Counted from the first letter of the stretch, positions 49,398 to 60,238 are shown. The stretch is 64,000 bases of DNA from an uncultured delta proteobacterium (GCA_963711835.1 CAVQFQ010000006.1:32001-96000); one strand, 5' to 3'. Program-made: numbers and translations. Notes: generated from the sequence alone by a model not told the origin.

Positions 49398-50351
49398 ATG
49401 AAGTTCGAAATTGGATTAGCCAAACCAAACGCCGAGGAACGCCTTAAAAACCGGGGCATCTCGCGAAGGGAATTCTTAAAATTTTGCGGTACGGTTGCGG
49501 TCGTAATGGGGCTGGAGGCCTCTTACGCCAAAGAGATCGCCGCCGCCCTGACGGCCCAAAAGCGCCCTTCGGTGGTCTACCTGCACAACGCCGAGTGCAC
49601 CGGGTGCTCCGAGGCGGTGCTGCGAACCGTTGATCCATTCATCGATGAATTGATTCTGGACACGATTTCCCTGGATTATCACGAAACGCTGATGGCCGCT
49701 GCCGGTCAGGCGGCCGAAGACGCCCTGCATAAGGCCTTAAAATCTCCGGAGGGTTATATTTGTGTGATAGAGGGCGCCATCCCCACCAAGGACGGCGGCC
49801 TCTACGGGAAAATCGCCGGCAAATCCATGCTGCAGATTTGCAGTGAAATCGCCCCCAAGGCCAAGGCGGTCATCGCTATTGGGGCCTGCGCTACCTTTGG
49901 AGGCGTTCAGGCGGCCAAACCCAACCCTACCGGCGCCAAAGGAGTCAATGAGGCCTTGAAAAAACTTGGGGTCAAGGCCATCAATATCGCCGGCTGCCCG
50001 CCCAATCCCTATAATTTCGTAGGAACGGTGGTTCACCTGCTCACCAAGGGTATGCCTAAGCTCGACAATCTCAATCGCCCCCTCATGTTTTACGGGGAAA
50101 CGGTCCACGACCAATGCCCCAGGGTTAAACACTTTGATAAACAGGAATATGCCCCCTCCTTTGGTTCGGAAGAGGCCAAGAAAGGTTGGTGCTTATATCA
50201 ATTAGGGTGTAAAGGACCCGACACCTTTAATAACTGTCCCAAGATCAAGTTCAACCAGACCAACTGGCCGGTCCAGGCCGGGCATCCATGCATCGGTTGC
50301 AGCGAACCGGGTTTCTGGGACGCCATGAGTCCCTTTTATGTCCAAAAATAA
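49398..50351 (+). CDS. Periplasmic [NiFe] hydrogenase small subunit
   Basis: Tat signal SRREFLK; [29 protein letters not shown]; no C-terminal anchor. Confidence 0.96.
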   Translation: MKFEIGLAKPNAEERLKNRGISRREFLKFCGTVAVVMGLEASYAKEIAAALTAQKRPSVVYLHNAECTGCSEAVLRTVDPFIDELILDTISLDYHETLMAAAGQAAEDALHKALKSPEGYICVIEGAIPTKDGGLYGKIAGKSMLQICSEIAPKAKAVIAIGACATFGGVQAAKPNPTGAKGVNEALKKLGVKAINIAGCPPNPYNFVGTVVHLLTKGMPKLDNLNRPLMFYGETVHDQCPRVKHFDKQEYAPSFGSEEAKKGWCLYQLGCKGPDTFNNCPKIKFNQTNWPVQAGHPCIGCSEPGFWDAMSPFYVQK

Positions 50352-50404
50352 GCTGACGTGCCTGGCCGCATGTTTTATTTAATGTATCTAAGGAGGATAC
50401 CATA

Positions 50405-52096
50405 ATGGCAGAACAAAAAACTACCGGTACCGCCCCTTCGGGGGGGGGATATTCCGGATCCATCGTCATCGACCCGATCACCCGTATTGAAGGACACCTG
50501 CGGATCGAGGTGGAAGTCAAAAACGGAAAAGTCCACAATGCCTGGTCCAGCTCCCAACTTTTCCGGGGCCTGGAAATTATTTTAAAAGGACGCGACCCGC
50601 GGGACGCCCAGCATATCACCCAGCGGGCCTGCGGGGTTTGCACCTATGTTCATGCTCTGGCCGCCACCCGCTGCGTCGATAACGCCGTAGGGGTTACCAT
50701 CCCTGAGAATGCCCGGCTGATGCGAAACCTAGTCCTGGCCAGCCAGTTCATGCACGATCATATCGTTCACTTTTATCACCTGCATGCCCTGGACTGGGTG
50801 GATGTCACCGGGGCCCTGCAGGCGGATGCCTCCAAGGCTGCCAAACTGGCCAACGATATCTCTCCCAACCGCAAAACCACCGCCGAAGGCCTTAAGGCAG
50901 TACAGAACAAACTGAAAGCCTTCGTGGATAACGGACAGTTGGGCATTTTTACTAACGCCTATTTCCTGGGCGGCCACCCGGCCTATGTCCTGCCTCCGGA
51001 GGTCAATCTGATCGCTACCGCCCATTACCTGGAAGCCTTGCGGCTTCAGGTCAAGGCCGCCCGCATGATGGCTGTTATGGGCGGGAAGAACCCCCACACC
51101 CAATTTACCGTGGTGGGTGGGGCCACCAATTACGAGGCCCTGACCCCAGAACGCCTCACCGAATTCCGGGCCCTGTACAAAGAAACCAAGCAGTTTATCG
51201 ATGAGGCCTATATCCCGGATTTATTGGCCGTAGCTTCCTTTTATAAAAATTGGGGGTCCATCGGTGGCTGCACGAACTTCCTCAGTTTCGGGGAATTTCC
51301 GGAGGATGAAAAAGACCTGGAAAGCCGCTGGCTGCCTCCGGGCGTGATCATGAAACGGGACCTGGTCAATATGCAAAAATTCGATCCGGCCGCCATCCGG
51401 GAACATGTAGCTTTCAGTTGGTATGAGGGTACGGAATCCAGAAAACCCTCCAAGGGAGTTACCAAACCCAAGTATACCAGGCTGAGTGATAAGAATCGCT
51501 ATTCCTGGATGAAGGCTCCCCGTTACAACAGCAAAGCCACGGAAACGGGGCCCCTGGCTACCGTCCTGAATGCTTATGCCAAAGGCCAGCCCGAATGCAA
51601 AGCCCTGGTGGATACGGTGCTGAAACATCTGAATGTCGGGCCGGAGGCCCTGTTCTCGACCCTGGGCCGGACCGCCGCCCGGGGGATTGAATGCGCGGTA
51701 ATCGCCGCCAAGACCGAAGCCTGGTTGAACCGGATGGAGGCCAATGTTCAGAAGGGCGATACCAAGCTGTATGAGGAATGGAAGATGCCCAAGGACGCCG
51801 AGGGCGTCGGTTTTGTGACGGCCCCGCGGGGAGCGCTCAGCCACTGGATTTCCATTAGAAATGGGAAAATTGATAATTTTCAATTAGTGGTCCCCTCCAC
51901 CTGGAACCTGGGGCCCCGCTGCGCCTCCGGGAAATTGGGACCGGTGGAAGAAGCCTTAATCGGGACCCCGGTAGCGGATCCCAAGCGGCCGGTGGAAGTA
52001 TTGCGGACGGTCCATTCCTTTGATCCCTGCATTGCCTGTGGGGTTCATATCATCGATCCACAAACCAACGAGGTCTATGAATTTAAAGTTTGCTAA
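50405..52096 (+). CDS. [NiFe] hydrogenase large subunit (group 1, Desulfovibrio Hyn-like)
   Basis: RIEGH, L1 QRACGVC, L2 SFDPCIACGVH plus a cleavable tail. Confidence 0.97.
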   Translation: MAEQKTTGTAPSGGGYSGSIVIDPITRIEGHLRIEVEVKNGKVHNAWSSSQLFRGLEIILKGRDPRDAQHITQRACGVCTYVHALAATRCVDNAVGVTIPENARLMRNLVLASQFMHDHIVHFYHLHALDWVDVTGALQADASKAAKLANDISPNRKTTAEGLKAVQNKLKAFVDNGQLGIFTNAYFLGGHPAYVLPPEVNLIATAHYLEALRLQVKAARMMAVMGGKNPHTQFTVVGGATNYEALTPERLTEFRALYKETKQFIDEAYIPDLLAVASFYKNWGSIGGCTNFLSFGEFPEDEKDLESRWLPPGVIMKRDLVNMQKFDPAAIREHVAFSWYEGTESRKPSKGVTKPKYTRLSDKNRYSWMKAPRYNSKATETGPLATVLNAYAKGQPECKALVDTVLKHLNVGPEALFSTLGRTAARGIECAVIAAKTEAWLNRMEANVQKGDTKLYEEWKMPKDAEGVGFVTAPRGALSHWISIRNGKIDNFQLVVPSTWNLGPRCASGKLGPVEEALIGTPVADPKRPVEVLRTVHSFDPCIACGVHIIDPQTNEVYEFKVC

Positions 52097-52153
52097 TAAA
52101 CTATTTTAACCGGCGGGGCCTGTTTCTTCGGAGACAGGCCCCTGAAGATTCGT

Positions 52154-52660
52154 ATGGGCCAAGATCAAAAAATTTTAGTGCTGGGCATCGGCAACCTGCT
52201 TCTGCGGGATGAAGGGGTCGGCATCCAGGTCGTCAACGCGTTGATCTCCCGGTATCATTTTTCCGAAAACGTGGACCTGGTGGACGGCGGGACCTTGGGC
52301 AGCCGGCTGATCGGCATCATGAGCGATTGTGATATCTTGATTGTGGTGGATGCAGTCAAAAACGGCGGATCGCCCGGAACGCTTTATCGCCTGGAGGGGG
52401 AAGACCTCCCCTTGAACAACCCCACCAAGAATTCCATGCATGAGGCGAGCTTCCTGGAGACCCTGCTTCAATGCCGACTGATAGGCTATGAATTCAAAAC
52501 GGTGATTATCGGCATCGAGCCGGAAGATATTTCTCCCTGGTCGGACGAACTGACCCCGACTATCCAAGGCCGGTTGGCCGACTTGTCAAAACAAGTTCTT
52601 CAAGAAATTAGAAAGGCTGGAGGAAGCTACCGGCTCAGGGACGGGTCGGAGCTCTCTTGA
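52154..52660 (+). CDS. Hydrogenase maturation endopeptidase (HyaD/HybD family)
   Basis: LGIGNLLLRDEGVG, DGGT, VDAV, SMHE. Confidence 0.94.
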   Translation: MGQDQKILVLGIGNLLLRDEGVGIQVVNALISRYHFSENVDLVDGGTLGSRLIGIMSDCDILIVVDAVKNGGSPGTLYRLEGEDLPLNNPTKNSMHEASFLETLLQCRLIGYEFKTVIIGIEPEDISPWSDELTPTIQGRLADLSKQVLQEIRKAGGSYRLRDGSELS

Positions 52661-52847
52661 AGCCAGAAGTGTGAAAGGGTTTATTCAGAGGTTCGATTAT
52701 AAAAGGATTGAACTTTAAAGGAGATAGCTACCGCGGCGTTCGGGCGGAGGAGGGAATCCGGTTTTTTCGCAGGCAGGAGGTTTTTAAAAAAGATGGAAGT
52801 GAGACCGTAGTGCTATTTAATATTTTTAGGATAGGGTAGGAGGGAAA

Positions 52848-53183
52848 TTGATGGAAACCTATTACCGGCCCCAGGACTTGCCCAAATTTCCCGAAATCGG
52901 GAAGGACGCGCCGGTCCTGGCCCAGAAATTTTTTGACTATTACCAAACCGTCTTTGCCGAAGGAGCCTTGACGGAGCGGGAAAAGGCCTTGATCGCCCTG
53001 GCCGTGGCCCATGCCGTTCAGTGCCCTTACTGTATTGATGCTTATACCCAGACCTGCCTGGAAAAAGGCTCCGACTTAAATGAAATGACCGAGGCCGTGC
53101 ACGTGGCCGTGGCCATTCGGGGCGGGGCCTCCCTGGTTCACGGAGTCCAGATGCGCAACGTGGCCGAAAAGCTTTCCATGTAA
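52848..53183 (+). CDS. AhpD/CMD-like protein of the type found beside ArsS
   Basis: REKALIALAVAHAVQCPYCIDAY..GGASLVHGVQM. Confidence 0.9.
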   Translation: MMETYYRPQDLPKFPEIGKDAPVLAQKFFDYYQTVFAEGALTEREKALIALAVAHAVQCPYCIDAYTQTCLEKGSDLNEMTEAVHVAVAIRGGASLVHGVQMRNVAEKLSM

Positions 53184-53223
53184 ACCTCGAAGTTGCATAA
53201 AAATTGATCGATAAAGGGTTTTT
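53184..53223. repeat. Left-end fragment of the ~264-bp dispersed repeat
   Basis: ACCTCGAAGTTGCATAAAAATTGATCGATAAAGGGTTTTT, near-identical to 58808-58847. Confidence 0.8.
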
Positions 53224-53224
53224 A

Positions 53225-54241
53225 ATGGAATTGGCTGTTAATCCCCCGGGAGAAAAGGCTTCCGCTCCGCCGGAACAGGGCTGGCTCAGACCCTTCAGGA
53301 CTACCTTGGCCGAACAGGGTTTAGCTCTGGTCCGGGATCAGACCAGCACCCTGCAGATCAATGTCGGACTGCTCTGCAACCAGACCTGCCGCCACTGCCA
53401 TTTGGAGGCCGGACCCAACCGACGGGAAGTCATGACGGGGGCGACGATCGACCAGGTTATCGCCTATGCCGAAAGAAGCGGCTTCTCCGTTGCAGACATC
53501 ACCGGTGGCGCCCCGGAGCTGAACCCCAATCTGACCGGATTAATCGCCGGTCTTTCCAACCAAGTCCCCCGGATCATGATCCGCTCCAATCTGACGGCCT
53601 TAAGCGAAGGCGGCCGGTCTTCTCTAATCGAATTTTTGAAGGACCACCGAGTGGTGGTGGTGGCCTCCTTTCCTTCCCTGCAGCTTGGCCAAACCGATGC
53701 CCAGAGAGGCTCCGGTGTGTTCCAACGGTCCATCAGCACCTTGCAGCGGTTGAACGCCCTGGGCTATGGGCGGGAAGACAGCGGCCTGGAGCTGAACCTG
53801 GTCAGCAATCCCAGCGGGGCCTTTCTGCCCCCCTCACAGATAGAAGCGGAAAAACGGTTTCGAAGGGAGATGAAAAACAGGTGGGGTCTGGTTTTCAATC
53901 ATTTGTACGTCTTTGCCAACGTCCCCCTGGGCCGCTACCGGAACTGGCTGGACCAGTCGGGAAACCTGGAAGGCTACCAGGAAAAATTGGCCGCGGTCTT
54001 TAACCCGGCAGCCCTGGCCGGTGTCATGTGCCGTTCCTTGATCTCGATTTCCTGGGAAGGGTTTCTCTACGACTGCGACTTCAATCTGGCCGTAGACCTC
54101 CCTTATGGCGGGCGCAAGGTACACGTTTCCGAAATGGATGGTCCGCCTGCTCCGGGAACCCCGATCCTAACCGCCGACCATTGCTATACCTGCACCGCCG
54201 GCAGCGGTTTCACTTGAGGAACGGGTGCCATCTGCGCCTGA
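53225..54241 (+). CDS. arsS: ArsS-family radical SAM selenoprotein (Sec at 54215-54217)
   Basis: LQINVGLLCNQTCRHCH, DITGGAPE, YDCDFN; ends HCYTCTAGSGFT-TGA-GTGAICA*, where Cys-type homologues have a Cys at the TGA; hairpin follows. Confidence 0.85.
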
Positions 54242-54250
54242 GTTCAGGTG
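54235..54250 (+). promoter_or_regulatory. Candidate SECIS for arsS
   Basis: CGCCTG-AGTT-CAGGTG, loop 23 nt after UGA; stem preserved in the second copy at 55063-55076. Confidence 0.65.
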
Positions 54251-54372
54251 ACGAAACCCATCCGCTTTGGACAAATATGGGGATAAAAAATGCCCGTTCT
54301 CAGTTGTCCATCAGACTAAGAACGGGCGGTTTAGGTATGAAAAAAATTCGGATAGATCAGATAGAATGGTTA

Positions 54373-54795
54373 CTATTTTTTCGGAGGAAAATTGTCTGGA
54401 TTAATTACGAACCAGACCTCATTGACGCCCTGCCCCTTGGTATCCCCCGGGTTGGCATCATTCACCCAATAATACAAGGGGTATTTTCTGAAGGTGGTTT
54501 GTTTTTTCCCCTCCTCCCGGGTTATGGTACCAAAATCATTGGGAGACAATCCAGCAGGCGGTGCGACCGTCTCCCGGTAATAAACAGGCCATTTTTCAAC
54601 ACAGGCGCCGGCACAGGCGCTTTTTTCCGGGGAGTCCTTTTTAAACCAATATAAGGTCTTTCCCTCCGTATCAGTCAAATACTTTCCCAACCCCTCTTTT
54701 TGTTGAATTTTTACGGCGTGATGCATGGCCCAGGCGCCACCGCAAAACAACCCCAAAGCCAGAAAAGCTACCATAGCCCCTTTAACTTTTTTCAT
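54373..54795 (-). CDS. Secreted repeat protein with Yx(FWY)xxD motifs (COG4315-like)
   Basis: Signal peptide; GKTLYWFKKD, CAGACVEKWP, YPLYYWVND. Confidence 0.85.
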   Translation of the reverse strand: MKKVKGAMVAFLALGLFCGGAWAMHHAVKIQQKEGLGKYLTDTEGKTLYWFKKDSPEKSACAGACVEKWPVYYRETVAPPAGLSPNDFGTITREEGKKQTTFRKYPLYYWVNDANPGDTKGQGVNEVWFVINPDNFPPKK

Positions 54796-54898
54796 CTCCC
54801 GTTTACCTCCTGTATTTTTTTGTCAAACGGTAAGTCCTTCATTCCCTTATGTCAAGGCACCACCTGGCTTGTAAATTTATTCCGGTGCCTCAAAGAAA

Positions 54899-55033
54899 CT
54901 ATCTGAAATTCTGAGCCGCCTGGGTCAGGGTATAGACATTGACCGGCGGAGCGGTGGCCGGGATGACGCACCCCGGGGCGAGGATAAAACCGCCGGGGAC
55001 CCTCGATCCCTCCCGGATCAGCTTCCGGCAGCG
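54899..55033 (-). pseudogene. 3' remnant of a UroD/MtaA-family gene
   Basis: RCRKLIREGSRVPGGFILAPGCVIPATAPPVNVYTLTQAAQNFR*. Confidence 0.75.
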
Positions 55034-55075
55034 GTTTCACCTGAGGAACGGCTGCCATCTGCGCCTGAGGTCAGG
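55025..55075 (+). repeat. Second copy of the arsS 3' end with UGA and SECIS-like hairpin
   Basis: 48 of 51 nt identical to 54198-54248. Confidence 0.9.
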
Positions 55076-55090
55076 CTGCCAGTGATTCCT

Positions 55091-56140
55091 TTAACGTAGC
55101 GTTATTTTCCCCGGAGGACCGTCCAAAATTTCTCCTATGATCGACGCGTCCGAAAGCCCCCGGGTATGCAATTTTTCAAGAAGTAGGGGAGCGCGTTCCG
55201 CGGATAGGGCTATCAACAACCCGCCCGAGGTCTGGGCATCGGACAGGATATCCAGCAGATAGGCCGGGATGGACGGGTCAACCTGCAGGGAGCGGTGGCA
55301 GTAGTTGCGGTTGGCATGGGTTCCCCCCGGCACCATACCCATCTGGGCGTACTCACGGGCAAAGGGGATGATGGGCACCTGAGAGCTGGTGATGACCAGG
55401 CAGTACTTGCTGGCTACAGCCATTTCCAGGGCATGGCCCAATAATCCAAAGCCGGTGATATCGGTGCAGCCGTGGGCGCCGATCTCCTGCATGACCTCGG
55501 CAGCAACGCGGTTCGATTCCACCATAACCGCGATCATGGCCTGCTCCGCTTCTTTGGAGGCGAACTTACCCTTCAAGGCCGTGGCGATGATCCCGGTACC
55601 TATCGGCTTGGTCAGAATCAGATGATCGCCGGGACGGGCTCCGGCATTGGTCATGACTTTATCGGGGTGTATGATCCCGGTTACCGAGAGACCATATTTC
55701 AATTCTACATCATCCACGCTGTGCCCGCCCACCAGCAAGGCCCCGGCCTCATGGATCTTTTCTAACCCCCCCTTGAGGATTTGCTTTAACACGGATTTTT
55801 CCAGGCTCTTTTTGGGAAAACAGACGATATTCATGGCGGTGAGCGGTTTGCCGCCCATGGCATAAATATCACTCAAGGCATTTACGGCCGCAATCTGTCC
55901 GAAGATATAGGGGTCGTTGACAATAGGGGTGAAAAAGTCCAGGGTCTGGATCAGGGCCAGATCCTCCCTTAGTTTGTAGACGCCGGCATCGTCCGAGGTC
56001 TCCCGGCCCACCAGCAGGTTAGGGTCGGTTTCAAGAGGCAAATCGGCTAAAATTTCTTCCAGGTCGCCCGGACCCAATTTAGAGGCTCAACCGGCCGCCC
56101 GGGTACTATCCAACAGATTAATGGGTTGGTCAGGCATCAT
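55091..56140 (-). CDS. selD: Selenophosphate synthetase, Sec-containing (UGA at 56089-56087)
   Basis: MMPDQPINLLDSTRAAG-U-ASKLGPGDL, DDAGV, DFFTP, GGHS, DAQTSGGLL; hairpin GGGTC-CGGGC-GACCT 11 nt after UGA. Confidence 0.95.
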
Positions 56141-56158
56141 GGCCCGTTCCCCTTTCTA

Positions 56159-57055
56159 TTATTTTTTATGAACCTCGAAAAGAAATTCCTTAAATTCCTG
56201 AGCCAGGGGCGAGAAGGTTTTCTGTTTTTGGGTAATCAGAAAAAAGTTCCGTTTCAAGGGAAGGCCCTTGATCTTGGCCTCCTGGATCCGACCCTGTTCC
56301 AGGTCTTCTTCTACGGCCCGCCGGGAAATGATGGAGATGCCGACACCGGCCTTAACCGCTTGTCGGATGGCTTCATTGCTGCCCATTTCCGCTGCAATTT
56401 GTAGATCTTTCAGATCGAGGTGAATTTTATTTAAGGCCTGTTCTATGGAGGTGCGGGTGCCGGACCCTTCTTCCCGGAGAATAAAAGGGAGTTTTAAAAT
56501 TCCGGCGGGTTCGATAACCTTTCCCTTGGGCAGGCCGGTCCCGTTCGGCAAAATGCAGACCAATTCATCACTGGTGAGCAATTGGCAGGAAATCAGGCGA
56601 TGTTCCACTTGGGCCCCGACCAAGCCCATTTCAATGGATCCCTCCAGGACCTTTTCCAGGATGTTTTTGGTGTCCCCTATGAGCAACTGAATCCGAATGT
56701 TGGGATACTTTGTCTTAAAGCGGCCCAACAGGCTGGGCAGCAGGTATTGTCCCGGGATATTACTGCCGCCGACCAGTAGGTCGCCCAACCCTTTATCCCG
56801 GAACTGTTTCATGGCCCGCTGGGATTCCTCCCGGAGGGCGATCATCTGTATGGCATGCTGCTGTAATAAATGGGCCGCCCGGGTGGGCAAGACCTCTTTG
56901 CCCCGGCGATCGAAAAGGGCCAATCCCAAGTCCTCTTCCAGAAGCCGGATATGTTCGCTGATGGTAGGCTGGGAGAGGTAAAGGGCCTGCCCGGCCTTGG
57001 AAAAGCTCCTTAATTGATAAACCTTAAGAAAAACTTCCAGTCTTCTAAAGTCCAT
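56159..57055 (-). CDS. LysR regulator, selenium-metabolism-associated type
   Basis: SFSKAG..LYLSQPTIS HTH, REEGSGTR; directly upstream of selD on the same strand. Confidence 0.88.
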   Translation of the reverse strand: MDFRRLEVFLKVYQLRSFSKAGQALYLSQPTISEHIRLLEEDLGLALFDRRGKEVLPTRAAHLLQQHAIQMIALREESQRAMKQFRDKGLGDLLVGGSNIPGQYLLPSLLGRFKTKYPNIRIQLLIGDTKNILEKVLEGSIEMGLVGAQVEHRLISCQLLTSDELVCILPNGTGLPKGKVIEPAGILKLPFILREEGSGTRTSIEQALNKIHLDLKDLQIAAEMGSNEAIRQAVKAGVGISIISRRAVEEDLEQGRIQEAKIKGLPLKRNFFLITQKQKTFSPLAQEFKEFLFEVHKK

Positions 57056-57083
57056 GGACCTTTCACCCGATTGGTCTAAGATC

Positions 57084-58733
57084 TCAATACCTCTTTTTGC
57101 GCAAAATATTCACTATCAGCCACAACCCCAATAAACCCGAAACCAGATAACCGATCACCCCCAGGGCCGGAAAACCGAACAGCAGAGGTTCCACTCCGGT
57201 GGTGATGATCATGGAAGAACCGACAATCAAGGCGGCGAGGATGATCCCAAAGGTAACCCGGTTACTGATGGATTCCAGGGTGTTGTTTAAAGCCGAGAGG
57301 CCGGTATGCTTAAAGGAGATGGTCAAATCCCCTTTATCCACCTTGCTGAAAAGGGCCTGGAGCCGGGAGGGGAAATTATGAATAAGATCAAAAAAGTCAA
57401 GCCCCTGGGAGCGCAAGGTTTGGGAGACGGATTTCAGAGACCATCTTTCCTTGAGCAGTTCATTAATCAGGGGACCGGCTTCGGAGGTGATGTTGAAGTC
57501 AGGATCCAGTTCCTTGCCCAAACCCTCCAGGGCCAGCAAGGCCCGACCCAACAAGGCGAAGTCGGATCGGATGCGCAAGCGGTGTTCGTTGAGCACGTTA
57601 ATCAGAAAGGAGATGGTTTCACCGAACTGAATTTCTTTTAACGACAACCCGTAATAGGCATCCATGAGGTCCAAGATGTCCCGCTCCAAACGGTTGCGGT
57701 TCAGATCCGAAGGAACATCGCTGGTCAGGTGGGGGATAAGCCGCAAGACGGTCTCACTGTCCCTGAGCAGGAGGGCCTGAAGGAGGTCGATCAAGTGATG
57801 GCGCAAGTCCGCCGGTATCCTTCCGGTCATTCCCCAATCCAGAAAACAGAGGCGGCCGTCTTCCATGACCAGCAGATTCCCCAAATGGGGATCGGCATGG
57901 AAAAAACCTTGATGGAGCATCTGATCCAGCATGATCTTGGCCCCATTCCTGGCCAATTGCTTACGATCCAGGGCGGTGTCGGCTACTTGATCAAGGCGCA
58001 CCCCTTCGATTAATTCCATGGTCAGAACATAAGGGTTGGTATGGTCCTCCAGGACCTCGGGAACCACCATCAAGTCCGGAAAGGATAAGTTTTTGCGGAA
58101 AATTTTCATATTCCGGGCTTCCCGGGTAAAATCCAGTTCCCGGGTCAAGCTGAACCGTAACTCCTCCACCAGTCCCGGAAAATCATAAGGCTGATAGGTT
58201 TTCAGGCCGCTTAAGCGGGAGGCCATATAAGCCAGGATGTCCAGATCGGCCCTGATTAAAGGCCGGATGTCGGGCCTCTGGACTTTAACGGCTACGGTTT
58301 TTCCCTCTCCGGCCAGCTTGGCCCGGTGAACCTGGGCCAGAGAGGCCGACCCTAAAGGGGTCCAATCAAACTCGCTAAAGACCGTATTCAGGGGCCGTCC
58401 CAGGGCCTTATCCAGCAGGGCTTCGACCTCCTGGCGGGGGGCGGGGGGGACCTGGTCCTGTAATTTTTTAAGCTCAAGGATTAACGGCCCGGGAATCAGA
58501 TCAGGCCGCATGCTCAAGATTTGGCCGAATTTTATAAAGGTCGGCCCCAGTTCCTGAAAGACCATCCGGATTCGTTCATTGACGGTCAGGGGAGTTTTTA
58601 TGCGGTTGATACGGCGCAAGATAAACGAACCGGGAAGATCGAGGCGGTGGATGATATCATCAAATCCATACTTGAGCAGGACCCAGACGATATTTTTAAA
58701 CCGAGTTAAATTGCGGATGGATTTAATTTCCAA
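57084..58733 (-). CDS. ABC1/UbiB (AarF) family kinase
   Basis: LGPTFIKFGQ, ASLAQVH, VAVKVQRP, FFHADPH.GN, LDWG. Confidence 0.93.
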   Translation of the reverse strand: MEIKSIRNLTRFKNIVWVLLKYGFDDIIHRLDLPGSFILRRINRIKTPLTVNERIRMVFQELGPTFIKFGQILSMRPDLIPGPLILELKKLQDQVPPAPRQEVEALLDKALGRPLNTVFSEFDWTPLGSASLAQVHRAKLAGEGKTVAVKVQRPDIRPLIRADLDILAYMASRLSGLKTYQPYDFPGLVEELRFSLTRELDFTREARNMKIFRKNLSFPDLMVVPEVLEDHTNPYVLTMELIEGVRLDQVADTALDRKQLARNGAKIMLDQMLHQGFFHADPHLGNLLVMEDGRLCFLDWGMTGRIPADLRHHLIDLLQALLLRDSETVLRLIPHLTSDVPSDLNRNRLERDILDLMDAYYGLSLKEIQFGETISFLINVLNEHRLRIRSDFALLGRALLALEGLGKELDPDFNITSEAGPLINELLKERWSLKSVSQTLRSQGLDFFDLIHNFPSRLQALFSKVDKGDLTISFKHTGLSALNNTLESISNRVTFGIILAALIVGSSMIITTGVEPLLFGFPALGVIGYLVSGLLGLWLIVNILRKKRY

Positions 58734-58807
58734 GGCTTATCCGTAATTGCAGGCTTTTTCGATTTCAGCCGGTTTTCCCAGGAACCGGCGGGGATCTTTC
58801 TCTATTA

Positions 58808-59070
58808 ACCTCGAAGTTGCATAACAATTGATCGATAAAGGGTTTTTTCTAAGTTAAAACGGTTTATTCTAACGATTTCAGAGTTGAGACCAAAATTCAC
58901 TCCAGGTATAGTTTAGCATACTAAAAAGTATCGATCAATTTTTACCCTTCGGGAAAGTCTGGGGGGCCGTCCCGCCCCGGCGGGATTGTCCAGGGCTCGC
59001 GGTATGCCTATACAGCTTCGCCCTGGACGCCTCGGATCTGCAACTTCCGAAACTTTTGCAACATAGAGGA
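58808..59070. repeat. ~264-bp dispersed structured repeat (MITE/REPIN-like), full copy 1
   Basis: Imperfect terminal IR CCTCGAAGTTGCA/TGCAACATAGAGG; inner IR AATTGATCGATA/TATCGATCAATT. Confidence 0.78.
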
Positions 59071-59134
59071 TAACTTAACGGTTTTTATAAAAAAGTTCAA
59101 CAAGAAGATACTTTTGGGAAAGAAAGGGATTCAT

Positions 59135-59163
59135 TTGACACAAAAAGAAGGACTGTTTATAAT
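59135..59163 (+). promoter_or_regulatory. Consensus sigma70 promoter
   Basis: TTGACA-17 bp-TATAAT upstream of the DnaJ-like gene. Confidence 0.85.
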
Positions 59164-59202
59164 AAAAAAAATTGAACGCGTTGGTTTGGGTAAGGAATCC
59201 CT

Positions 59203-60168
59203 ATGAGCCAAAAAGATTACTATAAGACCCTTGGGGTTGACAAGAAGGCCACGGAAGAGGAGATCAAAAAGACCTACCGAAAACTGGCCATGAAATATCA
59301 CCCGGATCGCAACAAGGGTGATAAAAAAGCCGAGGAAAAGTTCAAAGAAATCAGTGAGGCCTATGCGGTTCTGAGTGACAAGGAAAAACGGAAGCAATAT
59401 GATACCTTCGGCTCGGAAGGCTTTCAACAGCGGTATAGCCAGGAAGATATTTTCAGGGGGTTTGATTTCAGCAATCTTTTCCGGGAATTCGGTTTCGGCG
59501 GCGGCGGAGGATTTGAAAATGTTTTCGGGCAAAGGACCGGCCGGCCGGGTGGAGGCCAATACCGAAGCTACACCTTCCATAAAGGCGGCCCGTCTTTCGA
59601 CTCTGGGGATCCCTACGGGCAGTTCGGCGGGGCCGGCATGGCCCGGCGCGGCGGGGACCAGATGTATGAGTTGGCCATCAGCTTGAGGGAGGCGGCTCAG
59701 GGGGCTGAAAAGCAACTCTCCTTTCCCACAGACAGGGGGGTGGATAAGGTGATGGTCAAGATACCGGCCGGGATCAGCCAGGGTAAGAAACTTCGCATCT
59801 CCGGAAAAGGGGAATCTGGGCAGGGCGGAGGGCCGGCAGGAGACCTCTATATTCAGATCAAGATCCTGGAAGATCCGGTTTTTAAAAGAGAAGAGCAAGA
59901 CCTGATGGTGGAAAAGGAAATCAGCTTCTCCCAGGCCGTCCTGGGAACCAAAGTGGAGGTCCCCACGTTGGAGGGAGGGTCTCTTCAGGTTAAGATCCCT
60001 CCAGGCACCCAGCCCCAATCAAAGTTGCGCTTAAAAGGATACGGGCTGCCGACTCTGGGCGGCAAAGGGAAAGGGGACCAGTTTGTCAAGATCTCCATCA
60101 AGGTCCCTAAGAAAATAACCGATCGCCAAAAGAAACTGCTTGAGGAATTGACTCAGGAAGGGCTCTAA
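59203..60168 (+). CDS. DnaJ-class chaperone without Zn finger (CbpA-like)
   Basis: J domain with HPD, G/F-rich region, DnaJ_C; no CxxCxGxG repeats. Confidence 0.92.
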   Translation: MSQKDYYKTLGVDKKATEEEIKKTYRKLAMKYHPDRNKGDKKAEEKFKEISEAYAVLSDKEKRKQYDTFGSEGFQQRYSQEDIFRGFDFSNLFREFGFGGGGGFENVFGQRTGRPGGGQYRSYTFHKGGPSFDSGDPYGQFGGAGMARRGGDQMYELAISLREAAQGAEKQLSFPTDRGVDKVMVKIPAGISQGKKLRISGKGESGQGGGPAGDLYIQIKILEDPVFKREEQDLMVEKEISFSQAVLGTKVEVPTLEGGSLQVKIPPGTQPQSKLRLKGYGLPTLGGKGKGDQFVKISIKVPKKITDRQKKLLEELTQEGL

Positions 60169-60238
60169 TCCCAAGAGTCGCTCTAATCCGGCGGCAGGCA
60201 TTTTTGGTAGCCGACCTATTACGCCGTGCCCCCTATTT

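Noticed and set aside
50405-52096. Possible [NiFeSe] hydrogenase, given the selenium context
   Set aside because: L2 motif is DPCIAC with TGC/TGT codons and no in-frame TGA; it is an ordinary [NiFe] enzyme.
54239-54286. Second UGA readthrough extending ArsS
   Set aside because: Sequence after the hairpin diverges between the two copies and no second SECIS is visible.
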